From contig NC_081399.1 in the NCBI RefSeq assembly GCF_030684315.1, forward strand, positions 9,534,113 to 9,598,112: a stretch of DNA of 64,000 bases. Reading direction: 5' to 3'. Positions 61,981 through 64,000 of this stretch are shown in pieces. A program made the translations under genes and the position numbers. The first letter of the stretch is position 1. Every line of letters begins with the position of its first letter. The notes below the pieces were generated by a model that was not told the origin of the DNA, did no database searches, and saw only the letters and a list, made by a program, of their open reading frames with translations. The DNA is from Stegostoma tigrinum (Eukaryota).

Positions 61981-63399
61981 ATCGTTCTGGGCCAAATTTT
62001 ACTGTTTGTTTGCTAAGTACAAGTTGTGTCAGGATTATTTTCAGTGGAATTCTCTCTGTGTGGGGCCCAGCAAGATTTCTTGCCAAACCTGAGCAAAGCT
62101 ACCTCATTGACCACTTCCCCTGTCCTTGTGGCATTCCTTGATTCCAATTTATTCTGATCCTACTATTCCCGAATAATTCCCCACTCTGCTGCTGCTGAAA
62201 GACCGCCGTCCCCTGCGCCCGCACCACATTCGTGCCCCCCCCCACCAACCCACCACCACCACCCTGGGGCTGCCCTGCATGTGGCAGATAAGGGCTTCAT
62301 TGATGTCCAGCTGTGTTGATAAGGGTCTCCTGATTCTGGGGGTTTTGTGGAGGGGAGGGGTAATTGATGCAGACAGGAACTGCTCTCTTACCCCAAGACC
62401 GGCTGGAGGAATGCCTGGCATCGTGATCAGAAGGATAGTGACTGTCCCTGTTCTGCCAAGGTCAGTGCCCACCCTCGCTCTAGCCCTGCTGCTGCGCCCA
62501 CCTCCCACCAAGGCTCACGCTCTATGGTGCCATCACTAGCGCCCACATTGCACTCACCCTCACCTAACCACCTCAGCACTGCCTGCTCACCATCCCCCTC
62601 AGGCACATTCCCACCTGCGCTAACAGTAGTAGATGTGCCACCCAGCTTCCAAGTCCCTTATACCTCCCCGTTCGGGAGCGGAAAGTGCCCACAATTGGGT
62701 AGAAAGAGGACAGAGTGCCACACTGCCTGGCATTCTGCTCCTAACGTTCCTGAGCCACTCCCCTTCGGTGGCAAAAGCAGGAAGGTAGATTCTAGTCTGA
62801 AACGTGGCGGGTTAGGAAAAGGTAAGGCGTAAGGAGACCTGGTTGTCACAGTTTGGAGAGAAAGCAGGAGTGGGATACATGATCAGCCATGATAGTAGTG
62901 AATGGTGGCGCCGGCTCAAAGGGCCGAATGGCCTACTCCTGCACACATTTTCGATGTTACAATATCCTGAGGGTGGGACTCTGGCCTGGTGCTGGGGGCT
63001 GCTGTTGAGTGACCGTGAGGGGACGCCCCATCCTTGACAGCAGGCTTTAGCCTGCCTGAGGCCTTCGACCAATGGGCTTCGTGGCTTTGCATCTGTGTGA
63101 AACGGCACGGCGAGGGTGGGGGGCCGTGGCGGGGGTGGGGGGGTGCAAAAGAGGCCAGGTGAAACTGTGAGTATCCACGGGAGGTTCTGAGTGAGAGAGA
63201 GGAGCCCAGAGATCCAGCCAGGCCCAATCCCGCGAGCTGGGTGTGTGTCTCTGAGCGACCGTGCTGCGGTGTTGCAAAGAGAATTACTGGGCCTGCCCCC
63301 GAGGCGTTGTAATGAAGGGAACAGTGTGTTGTGGATGTGCCATAACAGGGGCTCTCTGAGGTTGGCGTATGCTTGAACGCCAAAATCCGTGGATACCGC

Positions 63400-63810
63400 C
63401 ACAGAGCCGTCCAGCGCAGGGATGTTCCCTTTGGCCCAACTCGTCCAGATTTCCCAAACTGAACTATACTTGTCTGCGTTTAGCCCATATCCCTTCAAAC
63501 CTTTCTTATTCATGTAGAGGGGTCCCGACCCGAAATGTCAGCTTTCCTGCTCCCCTGATGCTGCTTGGCACGCTGTGTCCATCCAGCTTCACACCACTTC
63601 ACACCAGATTTATATGCAGCTTGTTTTTAAAAGTGGCCTCACCAACATCTTCTACATTACCCTCCCAACTCCTATACTTGACCAACGAAGGCAAGTGTGC
63701 CAGACACCTCCCTCACCGCCCTGTCTACCTGCAACTCAACTTTCATGGAACAATGAACCTGCCCCCACCCAGGTCTCTTTGTTCAGCCAGGGCCTTCCCA
63801 TGAAGTGTAC
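63400..63810 (-). mobile_element. CR1 fragments with a Penelope-like insert (~63517-63597)
   Basis: MNKKGLKGYG and AEQRDLG motifs; insert ggggtcccgacccgaaatgtcagc. Confidence 0.7.
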
Positions 63811-64000
63811 AAATCCTGTGCTGTGGGGGGAGTGTCAGCTCGACGTCCACAGACAGTGCCCTGAGATACTGATTCCTAGTGTCCAATGTGGAGGTGGTTT
63901 GAAACAAGAGTGCTACCACGAACGAGCCATGGATGTTTTCAGAGGTTGGCACATATTGGGCGCCAACATTCGGGAATGTTGTCGGAGAGTTCCCTGAGAT

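Noticed and set aside
61122-62141. Hydrophobic Leu/Ser/Phe ORFs (also 32460-33227 and 20766-21401)
   Set aside because: Low-complexity CT- or C-rich DNA
39600-64000. APOA2 or TOMM40L expected downstream from human synteny
   Set aside because: No matching exons recognised by eye; divergent small exons could have been missed

Overview
Vertebrate nuclear DNA, most likely a cartilaginous fish (shark), inferred from its HE1-type SINEs and HER1/CR1 LINEs. Two spliced genes lie on the + strand, neither recovered intact by the ORF track. The first is the last two coding exons of NDUFS2 (10714-10771, 11744-11781). The second, with its ATG 875 bp after that stop, is a complete five-exon FCER1G (Fc receptor gamma chain, 90 aa, intact TM Cys/Asp and ITAM; 12656-39111). 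The rest is mostly decayed CR1-group and Rex/Babar LINEs, two SINE families, minisatellites and three N gaps. The most interesting non-genic signals are: (1) a dispersed family of short, often fold-back, Penelope-like inserts carrying minimal hammerhead-ribozyme cores, including a near-perfect 330-bp-arm palindrome with a 17-bp TSD; (2) large minisatellites seeded from retroelement fragments, namely a 52-bp array copied from the CR1 ORF2 'VRPHLEYCVQFWSP' motif and a 53-bp array expanded inside HE1 SINEs; (3) several CR1 copies sharing the same inactivating lesions. Repeat boundaries are approximate and family names come from recalled consensus features, not database searches.
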